Position numbers and translations under genes: made by a program. The notes under the pieces were generated by a model, which made no database searches, had not been told where the DNA came from, and was given only the letters and a program-made list of their open reading frames with translations. 64,000 nucleotides of DNA from Alphaproteobacteria bacterium (GTDB lineage Bacteria > Pseudomonadota > Alphaproteobacteria > UBA828). The stretch covers positions 2,336,001-2,400,000 of the forward strand of contig CBDCCI010000002.1 of assembly GCA_965214705.1 (NCBI GenBank), written 5' to 3'. Numbering within the stretch: position 1 is the first letter of the stretch; each line of letters opens with the position of its first letter. Below are positions 37,936 to 46,967 of the stretch, in pieces.

Positions 37936-38736
37936 TTATCTCTTCGGCCGCCGCCGGCCGCGCTTGCATTGGGCGCGTAGACCCTCCGCGCCCTCGCGCA
38001 TCGCCTGCTGCAGCAGCCAGACATCGCCCGAATAGCAGATGAAGTCGAAGCCTTCGTTGAATAGCGCCACGCCGACATCGACGTTGGGCACCAGCCGGCC
38101 CAGGGACTTGTTGTTCCTCTTCGCCGCCTGCACCACACGCGCCACCGCCGCGATGAAGTCGGGGTGGTCGAACTGGCCCGCGATGCCCATGGAAACCGAG
38201 AGGTCGAAGTGGCCGATCCAGAGCACGTCAACGTCCTCGATCGCCGCGATGTCGTCGACGTTCTCGATGCCCTCTGCGGTCTCAATCAGGGCGACGAAGG
38301 TGCAGCGCCGGTTGGCGTCGCGCAGCTTCTTCTTCGTGTCCCCCGGCGCGTAGCGGTCGTGGGCGATCTGCAGTGCGACGCCGCGCTCTCCTTCGGGCGC
38401 ATACTTGACGTAGCTCAGCAGCTCCCGCGCCACCTTCGCCGAGCCCACCATCGGCAGCATGATGCCCTCGGCCCCCATGTCCATGGCGCGCGCCGCGTGG
38501 TGGTACTCGCGCGACGGCACGCGCACGATCGCCGGCATGTCGCCTGCCTGCATGTAGCGCAGCATCTGCTTCAGCGTGTCGAAGCCGAAGCCCGAATGCT
38601 CCATGTCGAGCAGCACGTACTCGCAGCCGGCGGCCTTCAGGATCTGGCCGATTCCCGGCGTGCTGAACTCGACCACGAAGGTGCCGACCTTGAGCCGGCC
38701 GTGGCGGGACATCTCCTTGAGGGCGTGTTCTGCCAT
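37936..38736 (-). CDS. HpcH/HpaI aldolase family
   Basis: LDMEHS, VRVP, LIETAEG, IGHFDLS. Confidence 0.9.
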   Translation of the reverse strand: MAEHALKEMSRHGRLKVGTFVVEFSTPGIGQILKAAGCEYVLLDMEHSGFGFDTLKQMLRYMQAGDMPAIVRVPSREYHHAARAMDMGAEGIMLPMVGSAKVARELLSYVKYAPEGERGVALQIAHDRYAPGDTKKKLRDANRRCTFVALIETAEGIENVDDIAAIEDVDVLWIGHFDLSVSMGIAGQFDHPDFIAAVARVVQAAKRNNKSLGRLVPNVDVGVALFNEGFDFICYSGDVWLLQQAMREGAEGLRAQCKRGRRRPKR

Positions 38737-38774
38737 GTCCTTCCCTTTTTCGATCCGTCGAAATGCTCTGTCGG

Positions 38775-40754
38775 CTATGCGCCGATCTGGATGCGCGAGA
38801 CGGCAAACGGCGCCAATTCGACGCGGCCGGGGTCGCCCGGCTGGCCTGGGCTTGCAGCGAAGCCCGCCGGATCGGTCACCGCGTCCACGAAGTTGCTCGC
38901 ATCGAGCCGGCCGATGGTGGCCGTGCCGCCCGTGAGGCCCGAGACCGTCACCGTCTGAAGCGCCGGCGTGAGATTGGCGAGCCAGAGCAGGGTGCCGCCC
39001 CCGTGCTCGTAGGCAAGGCCCAGCAGGCGCGTCGCATCGCTGCTGGTCACCGTGCGGACCGCCGCCCCCTTCGCCTCCGCGAGCGCCGCCACGATGTGAT
39101 AGAGCGGCATCACCGCAGGCCCGTCGAGGTCGTCGAACCAGGGCTGCGGGTGCTCGGTCCTGCGATAGACCATGCCGAGCGCGCCGGAGGGCTGGCCAAG
39201 CGCCAGCGCCTCCAGGCCAAGCGGCGCCACCCGCGCAGCATAGCCGAGGCTGAAGGCCGCGCCGAGCAGGGCGCGGTGGCGCGGGTCCTGGCGATTGAAG
39301 GAGTAGCGCCCGTTGTCGCTGTTCTGGTGGACGTCCGGCCCGTAGGGGTTGAAGCGCATGCCGATGGCACTCGGCGCGATGCGGTAGGGCTTGCCGCCGG
39401 CGAGCGCCTTGGCCGAGGCGACGATATCCGGCAGCGTCTGCAGCGTCTCGATCACCGAGAGGTCGTCCGGCTCGTGCACCACGGCGCAGGTGGCATGGGT
39501 CAGGAAGTCGAACAGATCGGGCGTCGCGCAGTTGCGGTTGAGCTCGGTGAAGTTGGTGAAGACCCCGCCGCCCAGGCGCACGCCGGGGAACGCCGCGCGC
39601 GCCGCACCGTAGACCTCGTCGAAGTCGGGAATGCCGAGAGCCGGGATCTTCTCAAGGGTAAACTTCAGGAGCCGCGCCTGCTCCGGCACGATGGCGTCGG
39701 GCTTGAGCCCGGCACGACCCGCGATCTCGGCAGCCTGTGCCAGCTCGTCGGCCACCGGCCGCTCACAGGGCACCGTGATCTCCAGCACGACCTCGGCATC
39801 GAGGGCCTCGGCCAGTCCCCTGCCGGCGGCCAGCGCGTCTGTCGCGTGAGGGTCACGCGGGTCGCACTCGCAGACGATGTGCCCCGGCCCGAGCGCCTTG
39901 ATCAGGTCGAGCCCGTGGTCGAGATGATCGCGCTCTCGGTTGGCCACGCCGAGCCCGATCTCCGGCATGTGCGTCCCGGTCGCACCGCCGACGGCGATCT
40001 CGATCGCCCCGTCTCCGCCAGCCCCCGTCGCCACCGCCGCCGAGCCCCCCTCGATGCTGAGCGTCGCGACCTGCCGCAGCGTTTCGCCCGCCGCCAGGGT
40101 GTAGGGGAAGGGCAGCGCGAGCGGGCGGTAATAGGTCTTGTAGGAGGCGTCGGTCCAGTTGCGCTGATCCTCGGTCTCCCACGGGTCGGCGCCTTCGAAG
40201 CGGCAGGTGAGCCAGACCCCTGGCGAGACCCGGTGGCGCATGGCGGCAATGTCGTAGAAGGGCTGAAACGGGCTGATCAGGCCGGGGAAGGCAGTCTCCT
40301 CCACCGTGCCGTCGCTGTGGGTGATGGTGCAGGCCTCGCCCGCTACGCCCTCGACCGGATGCAGCACCACGAAGCCCGTGCGGCTGGTCTGGAACTCGGT
40401 CTCGGGCTCGAACTCGACCGTGAAAACCAGGCTCCGCTCGTTCTCCGCCGCGATATCGGCGCGGTAGGTGAGCACGCCATAGGGAGAGTCGATACGCCCG
40501 TCGTAGCTCACGCGAAAGCCGCCGTCTTCTTCTTCGACCTTAAGGTTGGCGATCTGCGGCGCATAGGTCTCCCAGCCGCCGCCGCGCACGACGAAGGCGA
40601 GGCCGCGCAGCGCCTCCACACCGCCGTGGCGAATCCAGCGCAGCTTGCCAGCCTCGAGCGTGGCCGTGAGCGCGCCGGCGGTGATGGTCCGCGCTTCCGG
40701 CGCCTCCTGCTCGGTGCCGTAGAGCGTGAGCGCCTCGCTCGGTGCCGTCGTCAT
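38775..40754 (-). CDS. D-apionate lactonase-like protein
   Basis: LYGTEQ, RTGFVVLHP, WETEDQRNWTDASYKTYYRPL, FTELNR and VHEPDD match the ApnL family as recalled. Confidence 0.75.
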   Translation of the reverse strand: MTTAPSEALTLYGTEQEAPEARTITAGALTATLEAGKLRWIRHGGVEALRGLAFVVRGGGWETYAPQIANLKVEEEDGGFRVSYDGRIDSPYGVLTYRADIAAENERSLVFTVEFEPETEFQTSRTGFVVLHPVEGVAGEACTITHSDGTVEETAFPGLISPFQPFYDIAAMRHRVSPGVWLTCRFEGADPWETEDQRNWTDASYKTYYRPLALPFPYTLAAGETLRQVATLSIEGGSAAVATGAGGDGAIEIAVGGATGTHMPEIGLGVANRERDHLDHGLDLIKALGPGHIVCECDPRDPHATDALAAGRGLAEALDAEVVLEITVPCERPVADELAQAAEIAGRAGLKPDAIVPEQARLLKFTLEKIPALGIPDFDEVYGAARAAFPGVRLGGGVFTNFTELNRNCATPDLFDFLTHATCAVVHEPDDLSVIETLQTLPDIVASAKALAGGKPYRIAPSAIGMRFNPYGPDVHQNSDNGRYSFNRQDPRHRALLGAAFSLGYAARVAPLGLEALALGQPSGALGMVYRRTEHPQPWFDDLDGPAVMPLYHIVAALAEAKGAAVRTVTSSDATRLLGLAYEHGGGTLLWLANLTPALQTVTVSGLTGGTATIGRLDASNFVDAVTDPAGFAASPGQPGDPGRVELAPFAVSRIQIGA

Positions 40755-40817
40755 GTCCCCTTCCTCGCCCCGGTCCGGGCCGTTATAGCAGCGCGCGCAG
40801 CCCGCAACACCCGGTGC

Positions 40818-41828
40818 TCAGGCGCCGACCTCCTCCCACCGGCCGCTCTCGCCCGAGCGCGCGAGCGCATCCAGCGCCCGCATCATCTTGACCGACTCCT
40901 CCAGGGGAAACGCCGGCGGCGCTTCGCCCCGCACCGCCGCGCAGAAGGCCTCCGCCTGCGGCACGTACTGGTTGACCCGTTCCAGGGTCTCGACCTCCTC
41001 GTTGAGCGGCTCCCAGATCTGGCGGGGCCCAAGGATCGAGATGCTGGCCTCGCGGGTCGGCGACTGGGCGAAGGGGTCGGGCAGCTCGATCCGCCCCTCG
41101 GTGCCGTGGATCGCCATGTGCTGATGGACCGCCGACAGGGTGCCGCAGGTAAAGCTCAGGATGCCGCTCGGAAACTCCAGCGTCGCGCTGGCCAGCACGT
41201 CCGTCCCCCATTCCGGGTGCCGCTCGATGGCGGCGAAGGCGCGGATCGGATCGGCCTCGAACACGTAGCGCGCGGTCAACAGCGGATAGACGCCGATGTC
41301 GAGCAGTCCGCCGCCCCCCATCTCCCGCTTGTTGCGGATGTTCTCGGGGTCGTCCAGCCAGTAGCTGACCCAGCCCTGAATCGCCCGCACGGGTCCGATG
41401 CGGCCCGCGCGCACCAGCTCCCGCACCCGCTTCCATTGCGGGTGATGGGTGACGACGTAGGCCTCCTGAATCTGCACGCCGGTCTCGTCGCGGACGGCGA
41501 TGAGCTGCGTCGCCTCGGCCGCGTCGAGCGCGATGGGCTTCTCGCAGAGCACGTGCTTGCCGGCCCGCGCCGCCTTGGCGGTCCAGGGCACGTGGAGGTG
41601 ATTGGGCAGCGGGTTGAAGACCACGTGGATGGCGGGATCGGCCAACATGGACTCGTAATCGCCATACGCCTGCGCCAGGCCGAAGCGCTCGGCCACCGCC
41701 TCTGCCTTGACCAGCTCGCGGCTCGCAATGCCGTGGACGCGGAGGCCGGCAGACTGCTGCAGCGCCGGAATCATGTGCTCGACGGCGAAGAACGAAGCGC
41801 CGAGCACGCCCCAGGAAAGTTCCGTCAT
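40818..41828 (-). CDS. Gfo/Idh/MocA family oxidoreductase
   Basis: PLPNHLH, GKHVLCEKP, GGGGLLDIGVY. Confidence 0.92.
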   Translation of the reverse strand: MTELSWGVLGASFFAVEHMIPALQQSAGLRVHGIASRELVKAEAVAERFGLAQAYGDYESMLADPAIHVVFNPLPNHLHVPWTAKAARAGKHVLCEKPIALDAAEATQLIAVRDETGVQIQEAYVVTHHPQWKRVRELVRAGRIGPVRAIQGWVSYWLDDPENIRNKREMGGGGLLDIGVYPLLTARYVFEADPIRAFAAIERHPEWGTDVLASATLEFPSGILSFTCGTLSAVHQHMAIHGTEGRIELPDPFAQSPTREASISILGPRQIWEPLNEEVETLERVNQYVPQAEAFCAAVRGEAPPAFPLEESVKMMRALDALARSGESGRWEEVGA

Positions 41829-41904
41829 CTCCCTACTCCCCGCCCCGGCAGAGCGCCGCCATCCTGCGGGAAGCCCCCCGCCCGCTCAAGGGACGGGAAG
41901 CGGC

Positions 41905-43029
41905 TCAAGCGGCTACGCGGCACACCGTCTCGTTGCCGCGGCCGGTAATCACGCGGCGCCAACCGGAGAGCGCCTGGTCGAGCGCGGGATCGCCAGTATC
42001 GACGTGCAGCGTGCTGTCATGCAGCGACGCGAGCTTTTCGGGCGTCGCCGCCACCAGCAGTCGGTCGAGACCCACCGCCCGCACCACGCGCGCGCCGATC
42101 TGCTGGTTGCCGCGTCCCAGAAAGTGCCCCTGGCCGCCGATGGGCGTGACCACGATCCCGCCGCCGGGCGGACTCTCCGCCAGCGTGCGCAGGATGGCCT
42201 CCTCGCTCGCGTCGGCACCGATCACCGCCCCGTCGCGCACCAGGTCGACGCCGAGCAGGGTCTTGGACAGTCCGAGCGCGTCGGCGATCGCCCGCGTGGT
42301 GGTGCCGGGCCCCAGAAGGTAGAGCCGCCCGGCCTCCATCCGGCTGGCGATCTCGGCCGCGATCCCGCTCAGCGCTACGCGGTCGCTGCTGACCCCGCCC
42401 GCCTTGACGCTTTGCATTAGATCAGGCGCGTAAGGCACTGGCAAGTAATCGTAAAGCTTCGCCGAGACGGCACCCGCGCGAAACGCTTCTTCGTCGATGT
42501 CCATGACCTCGCGAGGCCGCGCCTCAATGTCCTGGGCGAGCGCCCGGAGCGCGAGGTCGGCGGCGGCGCGGGGGCTGGTGGCGTAAACCGCCGAGTGCAT
42601 CTTCACCCCTGCGGGCACGCCGATCACCGGCACCCGGTCACCTAAGGCCGCCGCCATGTCGCGGGCGGTGCCGTCGCCGCCGGCGAAGACGATGAGCCGG
42701 GCGCCGGCAGCCGCCATGGCCTCGGCTGCGGCCCGCGTGTCCGCCGCGCCGGTCTCACCCTCGGCCGGGGCACCGACGACCGACGGGTTCAGGCCCGCCT
42801 CCCTGGCGATCCCCTCCCCCATCTCGCCGGGGGCGGCGAGCAGCCCCAGCCCTGGTCGCGCCGCGGCGAGCGCCTCCAGCACCACCGCCGCCCGCGTCGC
42901 TGCCTGCGGCCTCGCGCCGCGCGCGCGGGCCTCGCTCAGGATCGCCGCCGTGTCCGTGCCCTTGAGCCCGACGCTGCCGCCCATGCCGGCGATCGGGTTG
43001 ACGATGAGGCCGAGCGTGGGTCGGCCCAT
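41905..43029 (-). CDS. ATP-NAD kinase family (AcoX-like) protein
   Basis: GLIVNPIAGMGG, GGDGTARD, GVKMHSAVY, GRGNQQ, DTGD. Confidence 0.85.
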   Translation of the reverse strand: MGRPTLGLIVNPIAGMGGSVGLKGTDTAAILSEARARGARPQAATRAAVVLEALAAARPGLGLLAAPGEMGEGIAREAGLNPSVVGAPAEGETGAADTRAAAEAMAAAGARLIVFAGGDGTARDMAAALGDRVPVIGVPAGVKMHSAVYATSPRAAADLALRALAQDIEARPREVMDIDEEAFRAGAVSAKLYDYLPVPYAPDLMQSVKAGGVSSDRVALSGIAAEIASRMEAGRLYLLGPGTTTRAIADALGLSKTLLGVDLVRDGAVIGADASEEAILRTLAESPPGGGIVVTPIGGQGHFLGRGNQQIGARVVRAVGLDRLLVAATPEKLASLHDSTLHVDTGDPALDQALSGWRRVITGRGNETVCRVAA

Positions 43030-43039
43030 CAGGCGAGGC

Positions 43040-44638
43040 TCAGCTGTAGCCGCCCCCGTGCCCGCCCAGGCCGCGCTTGACGTTGGCCCAGTTGCCCCGC
43101 TTGCGCCGGTAGGCCCGCGAGGTGAAGGCCCAGCAATCCGGGTCCTCCGGCACGTCGCCGTCGATGGGCCGGATGGCCGCGCTGTGCGGGGCCGCCGTCA
43201 CCTGCTCCGGCGTGTCGCGGGCCTCCTCGGCGATCCGACGCAGCGCGCCGAGCACGTGGTCCATCTCCGCAATCGTGAGCGATTCGCCCGGCTCCAGAGT
43301 GAAGGGCTGCGGCACCAGCATCGGCACGTGGCTCTCCATGTAATGCTGCACGCCGAAATCGACCATGCGGTTCAGCACGTCGTGGCTGGCGACGCCGGTC
43401 TCCTCGTAGAGCGGCTCCCAGCTGTAGCGCACCTGCTCCAGCTTGGGATACGTGTTCTTGGGCCAGGGGACGGTGGTGCCGTCGATCTGCCGGATGTGGT
43501 GCAGCATGTAGTTGTTGTTGAGCACCGCCGTCTCGGCGACCGCGCGCAGGCCCTCGGCGCCCAGGCTGCGAACCCAAGCGTAGGCCTTGAGCACCGCATG
43601 CACGTTGCCGATGAAGGCGCGGATCTTCTCGATCCCCTCCCCCTGCTCGTAATCCAGGCCGTAGCGCTCGCCGTCGTAGGTGACGATGGGGCGCGGCAGG
43701 AACCGCTCCAGATGCGCCTTGACGCCGACCGCGGCGCAGCCCAGGCCGAGCGCGCCATGGGGTGCGGAGAAGGTCTTGTGCAGGTTGAATTGGCACATGT
43801 CGAAGCCGGTGTCGCCCGCGCGCACGACTCCCAGCAGCGGATTGCCGTTGGCCTGGTCGTAGGCGCAGAGCCCGCCGGCCTCGTGCACGATGTCCACGAA
43901 CGCGCGGATGTTGGGGTTGTACTGGCCGGTATCCTCGGGGTTGGTCAGCATCAGGCCGGCGGTCCGCTCGGAGACCGCGGCCTTCAGCGCATCGACCTCG
44001 GCAAAGCCCATCTCGCCCGGCATCAGCGTGATGACCTTGAAGCCCGCCACCGCAGGCGTCGCCGCGTCGGCCGGATGCGAGAAGGCGGTGGTGATGATCT
44101 CGTCCCGCGTGCCGCCTTCGCCCCGCGCGGCGTGATACGCGCGGATCAGGCAGGCGTTGGTGTAGATGCCCTGCGCCCCGCTCGCCGGCTGGAAGGTGAA
44201 GGCATCCATGCCGGCGATCTCGCACATCATGCGGTTGAAGCGGTAGAGGATCTCCAGCGTGCCCTGCAGCGTCTCCGGGTCCTGCAGGGGGTGGACGTCG
44301 GCGAAGCCGGGCAGGCGCGCGACATACTCGTGCACCTTGGGGCTGTATTTCATGGTGCAGGTGCCCATCATGTCGACGGTCACGTCGAAGCCCATGGCCA
44401 TCTGCGAGAGCCGCAGGAAGTGCCGGAGCACCCGGTGCTGCGGCAGCGCGGGCAGCGCCGGCGGTACGGCGCGCCGCACCCCATCCGGCAGCGCCGCGGC
44501 GACGTCGCCGACGGCATCGGCGATGGCGTCGTCCACCGCCGGCGGCAGCAGGCCGCGCCCGCCGTCGCCGGGGATTTCGTCGATCAGGGGCTCGTCCCAG
44601 TGCGCGGCGTGGAAGCCGCCTCCGATGCGGTCTGTCAT
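43040..44638 (-). CDS. gcvPB: Divergent glycine dehydrogenase (decarboxylating) subunit 2 homolog
   Basis: GTCTMKYSPK, HPLQ, TNPEDTG, YDQAN, NLHKTF (PLP lysine). Confidence 0.8.
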   Translation of the reverse strand: MTDRIGGGFHAAHWDEPLIDEIPGDGGRGLLPPAVDDAIADAVGDVAAALPDGVRRAVPPALPALPQHRVLRHFLRLSQMAMGFDVTVDMMGTCTMKYSPKVHEYVARLPGFADVHPLQDPETLQGTLEILYRFNRMMCEIAGMDAFTFQPASGAQGIYTNACLIRAYHAARGEGGTRDEIITTAFSHPADAATPAVAGFKVITLMPGEMGFAEVDALKAAVSERTAGLMLTNPEDTGQYNPNIRAFVDIVHEAGGLCAYDQANGNPLLGVVRAGDTGFDMCQFNLHKTFSAPHGALGLGCAAVGVKAHLERFLPRPIVTYDGERYGLDYEQGEGIEKIRAFIGNVHAVLKAYAWVRSLGAEGLRAVAETAVLNNNYMLHHIRQIDGTTVPWPKNTYPKLEQVRYSWEPLYEETGVASHDVLNRMVDFGVQHYMESHVPMLVPQPFTLEPGESLTIAEMDHVLGALRRIAEEARDTPEQVTAAPHSAAIRPIDGDVPEDPDCWAFTSRAYRRKRGNWANVKRGLGGHGGGYS

Positions 44639-46029
44639 CGGACTGCCTCCCCGAGCGCGGAGACCAGTCTCTCGATTTCGGCCGCCCCGTGCAGCTCGGT
44701 CACGCAATAGAGCGCCGACTGGCCCAGCGCCGGGAACTCGCCGCTCAGGTCCTTGCCGCCGTGAATCTCGGCCTCCAGCAGCGCGGCGTTGACGGCTGCG
44801 ACCGTCTTGCCCGTGCCCGAGAAATCGACCACGAACTCCTTGAAGAACGGCTGGCCCAGGTGGGGCACCGCGACGCCGGGAAGCGCCGCGATCCGCTCCG
44901 CCGCGTAGCAGGCCCGCTGCATGATGCCGCGGCCGAGCTCGGCCATCCCCTCCGGCCCCATCAGCGAGAGGTAGACCGCAGCCCCGATGCCCCAGACCCA
45001 CTGGGTGGTGCCCGCGTAGTCGGTGGCGTCGTGGCGGGTGTCGTAGGAGGTGCGCTCCATAGTCGACCAGGCGAAGCCGAAGCCTTCCCCCTCCGTCGCC
45101 GGCGCGATGCTGAAAAGAATCGAGGGATATTCCGAGACAAAGCGGGATTCGTCCCGGCTCGCGATGAAGCCGCCGTTGCCGCCGCCCGCATACATGTGGA
45201 TGCCGAGGGGCTGCAGATCGCCGATCGCCAGGTCGGTGCCGTAGTCGGCGGGCGCCGCGAGCACGCCAAGCGAGATCGGGTCCACGCCGCCGATAAGCAA
45301 GGCGCCGGCCTCGTGCGCGATATCGGCGATGGCCTGAGCCTGCGTCTCGATCAGGCCGAGGTAGCCGGGGCTCTCCATCACCACGGCCGCGGTCTCGGCC
45401 GAGACCTTGGCGCGGAGGTCGGCGAGATCGATCAGCCCGGTGGCGGGGTCGCGGGCGACGGTCTCGACGGATGCAAAGGGCTTGGCGAAGCCGATGAGCT
45501 GCGAGCGCCGGTCGGCACTCATGGTCTCCGGCACCAGCACGCCGCGCCGGCCGGTGATGCGGCAGGCCATGGTCACGGCGCTGCCGGTGGCGGCGCCGGC
45601 GTCGTAGACGGGGGTCGAGACCACCTCCATGCCCACCAGCTCTCCGATCAGGCTCTGAAACTCGAAAAGCGCCTGGTTCTTGCCGTGGTCCGAGTAGGTG
45701 CCGCCGCCGTAGGCCGTGAGAAACTCGCCGCGATGGACGATCTCGTCCACGATCGCCGGCACGTAGTGCTGGGCGCAGCCGGCACCGCAGAAGTTGAGCC
45801 AGGTTCCGGTGCAGGGCTGGTTGCGGGCGACGATCTCCTCCAGATGCCGCCGCACGTCCTGCTCGCCGGGCAGCGCCGGCGGCAGGTCGAGAAGCCCCTT
45901 GACCCTGAGCGCCTCGGGAATCGCGGCGTAAAGCTCCGCCACGTCGCCCACGCCGATGGCATCCAGCAGCTTGCGCCGCGGCTCCGGCGCCGCATTCGGC
46001 ACATAAGGATGAACGTAACCGTCGCCCAT
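44635..46029 (-). CDS. gcvPA: Divergent glycine dehydrogenase (decarboxylating) subunit 1 homolog
   Basis: HPYVPN, GAGCAQHYVP, RGEFLTAY, QALFEFQS, GDLQPLG, FFKEFVV. Confidence 0.8.
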   Translation of the reverse strand: MGDGYVHPYVPNAAPEPRRKLLDAIGVGDVAELYAAIPEALRVKGLLDLPPALPGEQDVRRHLEEIVARNQPCTGTWLNFCGAGCAQHYVPAIVDEIVHRGEFLTAYGGGTYSDHGKNQALFEFQSLIGELVGMEVVSTPVYDAGAATGSAVTMACRITGRRGVLVPETMSADRRSQLIGFAKPFASVETVARDPATGLIDLADLRAKVSAETAAVVMESPGYLGLIETQAQAIADIAHEAGALLIGGVDPISLGVLAAPADYGTDLAIGDLQPLGIHMYAGGGNGGFIASRDESRFVSEYPSILFSIAPATEGEGFGFAWSTMERTSYDTRHDATDYAGTTQWVWGIGAAVYLSLMGPEGMAELGRGIMQRACYAAERIAALPGVAVPHLGQPFFKEFVVDFSGTGKTVAAVNAALLEAEIHGGKDLSGEFPALGQSALYCVTELHGAAEIERLVSALGEAVR

Positions 46030-46175
46030 GATCGGCCTCCCTGCCCTTCCGGTCCCGGCCAGTCTATCCCGCCACATAGGACGCACCAACGGCGCCCGGC
46101 CGGATCGCCGATCCGCTTTGACTGCCCCGCTTCGCCCGTGCAGTGTTCCCCGCCACAGCGCAGCGGGAGCACGCC

Positions 46176-46901
46176 ATGGCGGTCACCATCAACTGCGACA
46201 TCGGCGAGGGGTACGGCCTTTACACCTTCGGCAACGATGAGCGGATCATGCCGTTCATCAGCATCGCCAATGTCGCGTGCGGCTTTCATGCCTCGGACCC
46301 GTCGGTCATGCACGCGACCGTGCGCCTTGCCCTCGAACACGGGGTCAAGGTCGGCGCGCATCCGTCCCTCCCCGACCGCCAGGGTTTCGGGCGGCGGGAG
46401 ATGCAGATGGAGCGCGACGAGCTGCGCGATCTGCTGATCTACCAGGTCGGCGCGCTCAGCGGCTTCCTTCGGGCGGCGGGCGCCACCCTCAACCACATCA
46501 AGCCCCACGGCGCGCTCTTCGGCATGACGTCCAAGTACGAGCATTGCGCCGAGGCCGCAGCCGATGCGGCGGAAGTCTTCGGGGTGCCGCTGATCGGCCA
46601 GGCCGGCACCATGCACGACACCGTCTACTCCCGGCGCGGCCTGCCCTGGTGGCCCGAGTTCTACGCCGATCTCGAATACGACCGGCACTGCAACCTCATC
46701 ATCACGCGCGAGCACGAGCCCTACGAGCCGGCGGCTGCGGCGAGGCGCACGCTCCGCGCCATCGAGGAGGGCATGGTCACCTCGGTCGAAGGTGTCGACG
46801 TGCCAATCCGGGCGGAGACGGTGTGCATCCATTCCGACACGCCGGGGATCGACGCGGTCGCCCCGGTCCTGCGTGAGGCGCTCGCGCCCCATATGGCGTG
46901 A
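46176..46901 (+). CDS. pxpA: 5-oxoprolinase subunit A / LamB-YcsF family lactam utilisation protein
   Basis: INCDIGEG, NVACGFHA, GAHPSLPD..GFGRR, HIKPHGAL, CIHSDTP. Confidence 0.88.
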   Translation: MAVTINCDIGEGYGLYTFGNDERIMPFISIANVACGFHASDPSVMHATVRLALEHGVKVGAHPSLPDRQGFGRREMQMERDELRDLLIYQVGALSGFLRAAGATLNHIKPHGALFGMTSKYEHCAEAAADAAEVFGVPLIGQAGTMHDTVYSRRGLPWWPEFYADLEYDRHCNLIITREHEPYEPAAAARRTLRAIEEGMVTSVEGVDVPIRAETVCIHSDTPGIDAVAPVLREALAPHMA

Positions 46902-46967
46902 GCCCGCGTCCGCCGCCGGCAATCGGGGGCACGGGCCACGCGGGGGCGGAACGATGGAGGCTTGGTG

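Noticed and set aside
38763-41948. 1061-aa plus-strand ORF, and similar long ORFs such as 45648..47990, 52249..54741, 55590..57938 and 61350..63353
   Set aside because: Shadow frames of well-supported genes, expected at high GC; no family motifs of their own (61350..63353 is real only from 62340).
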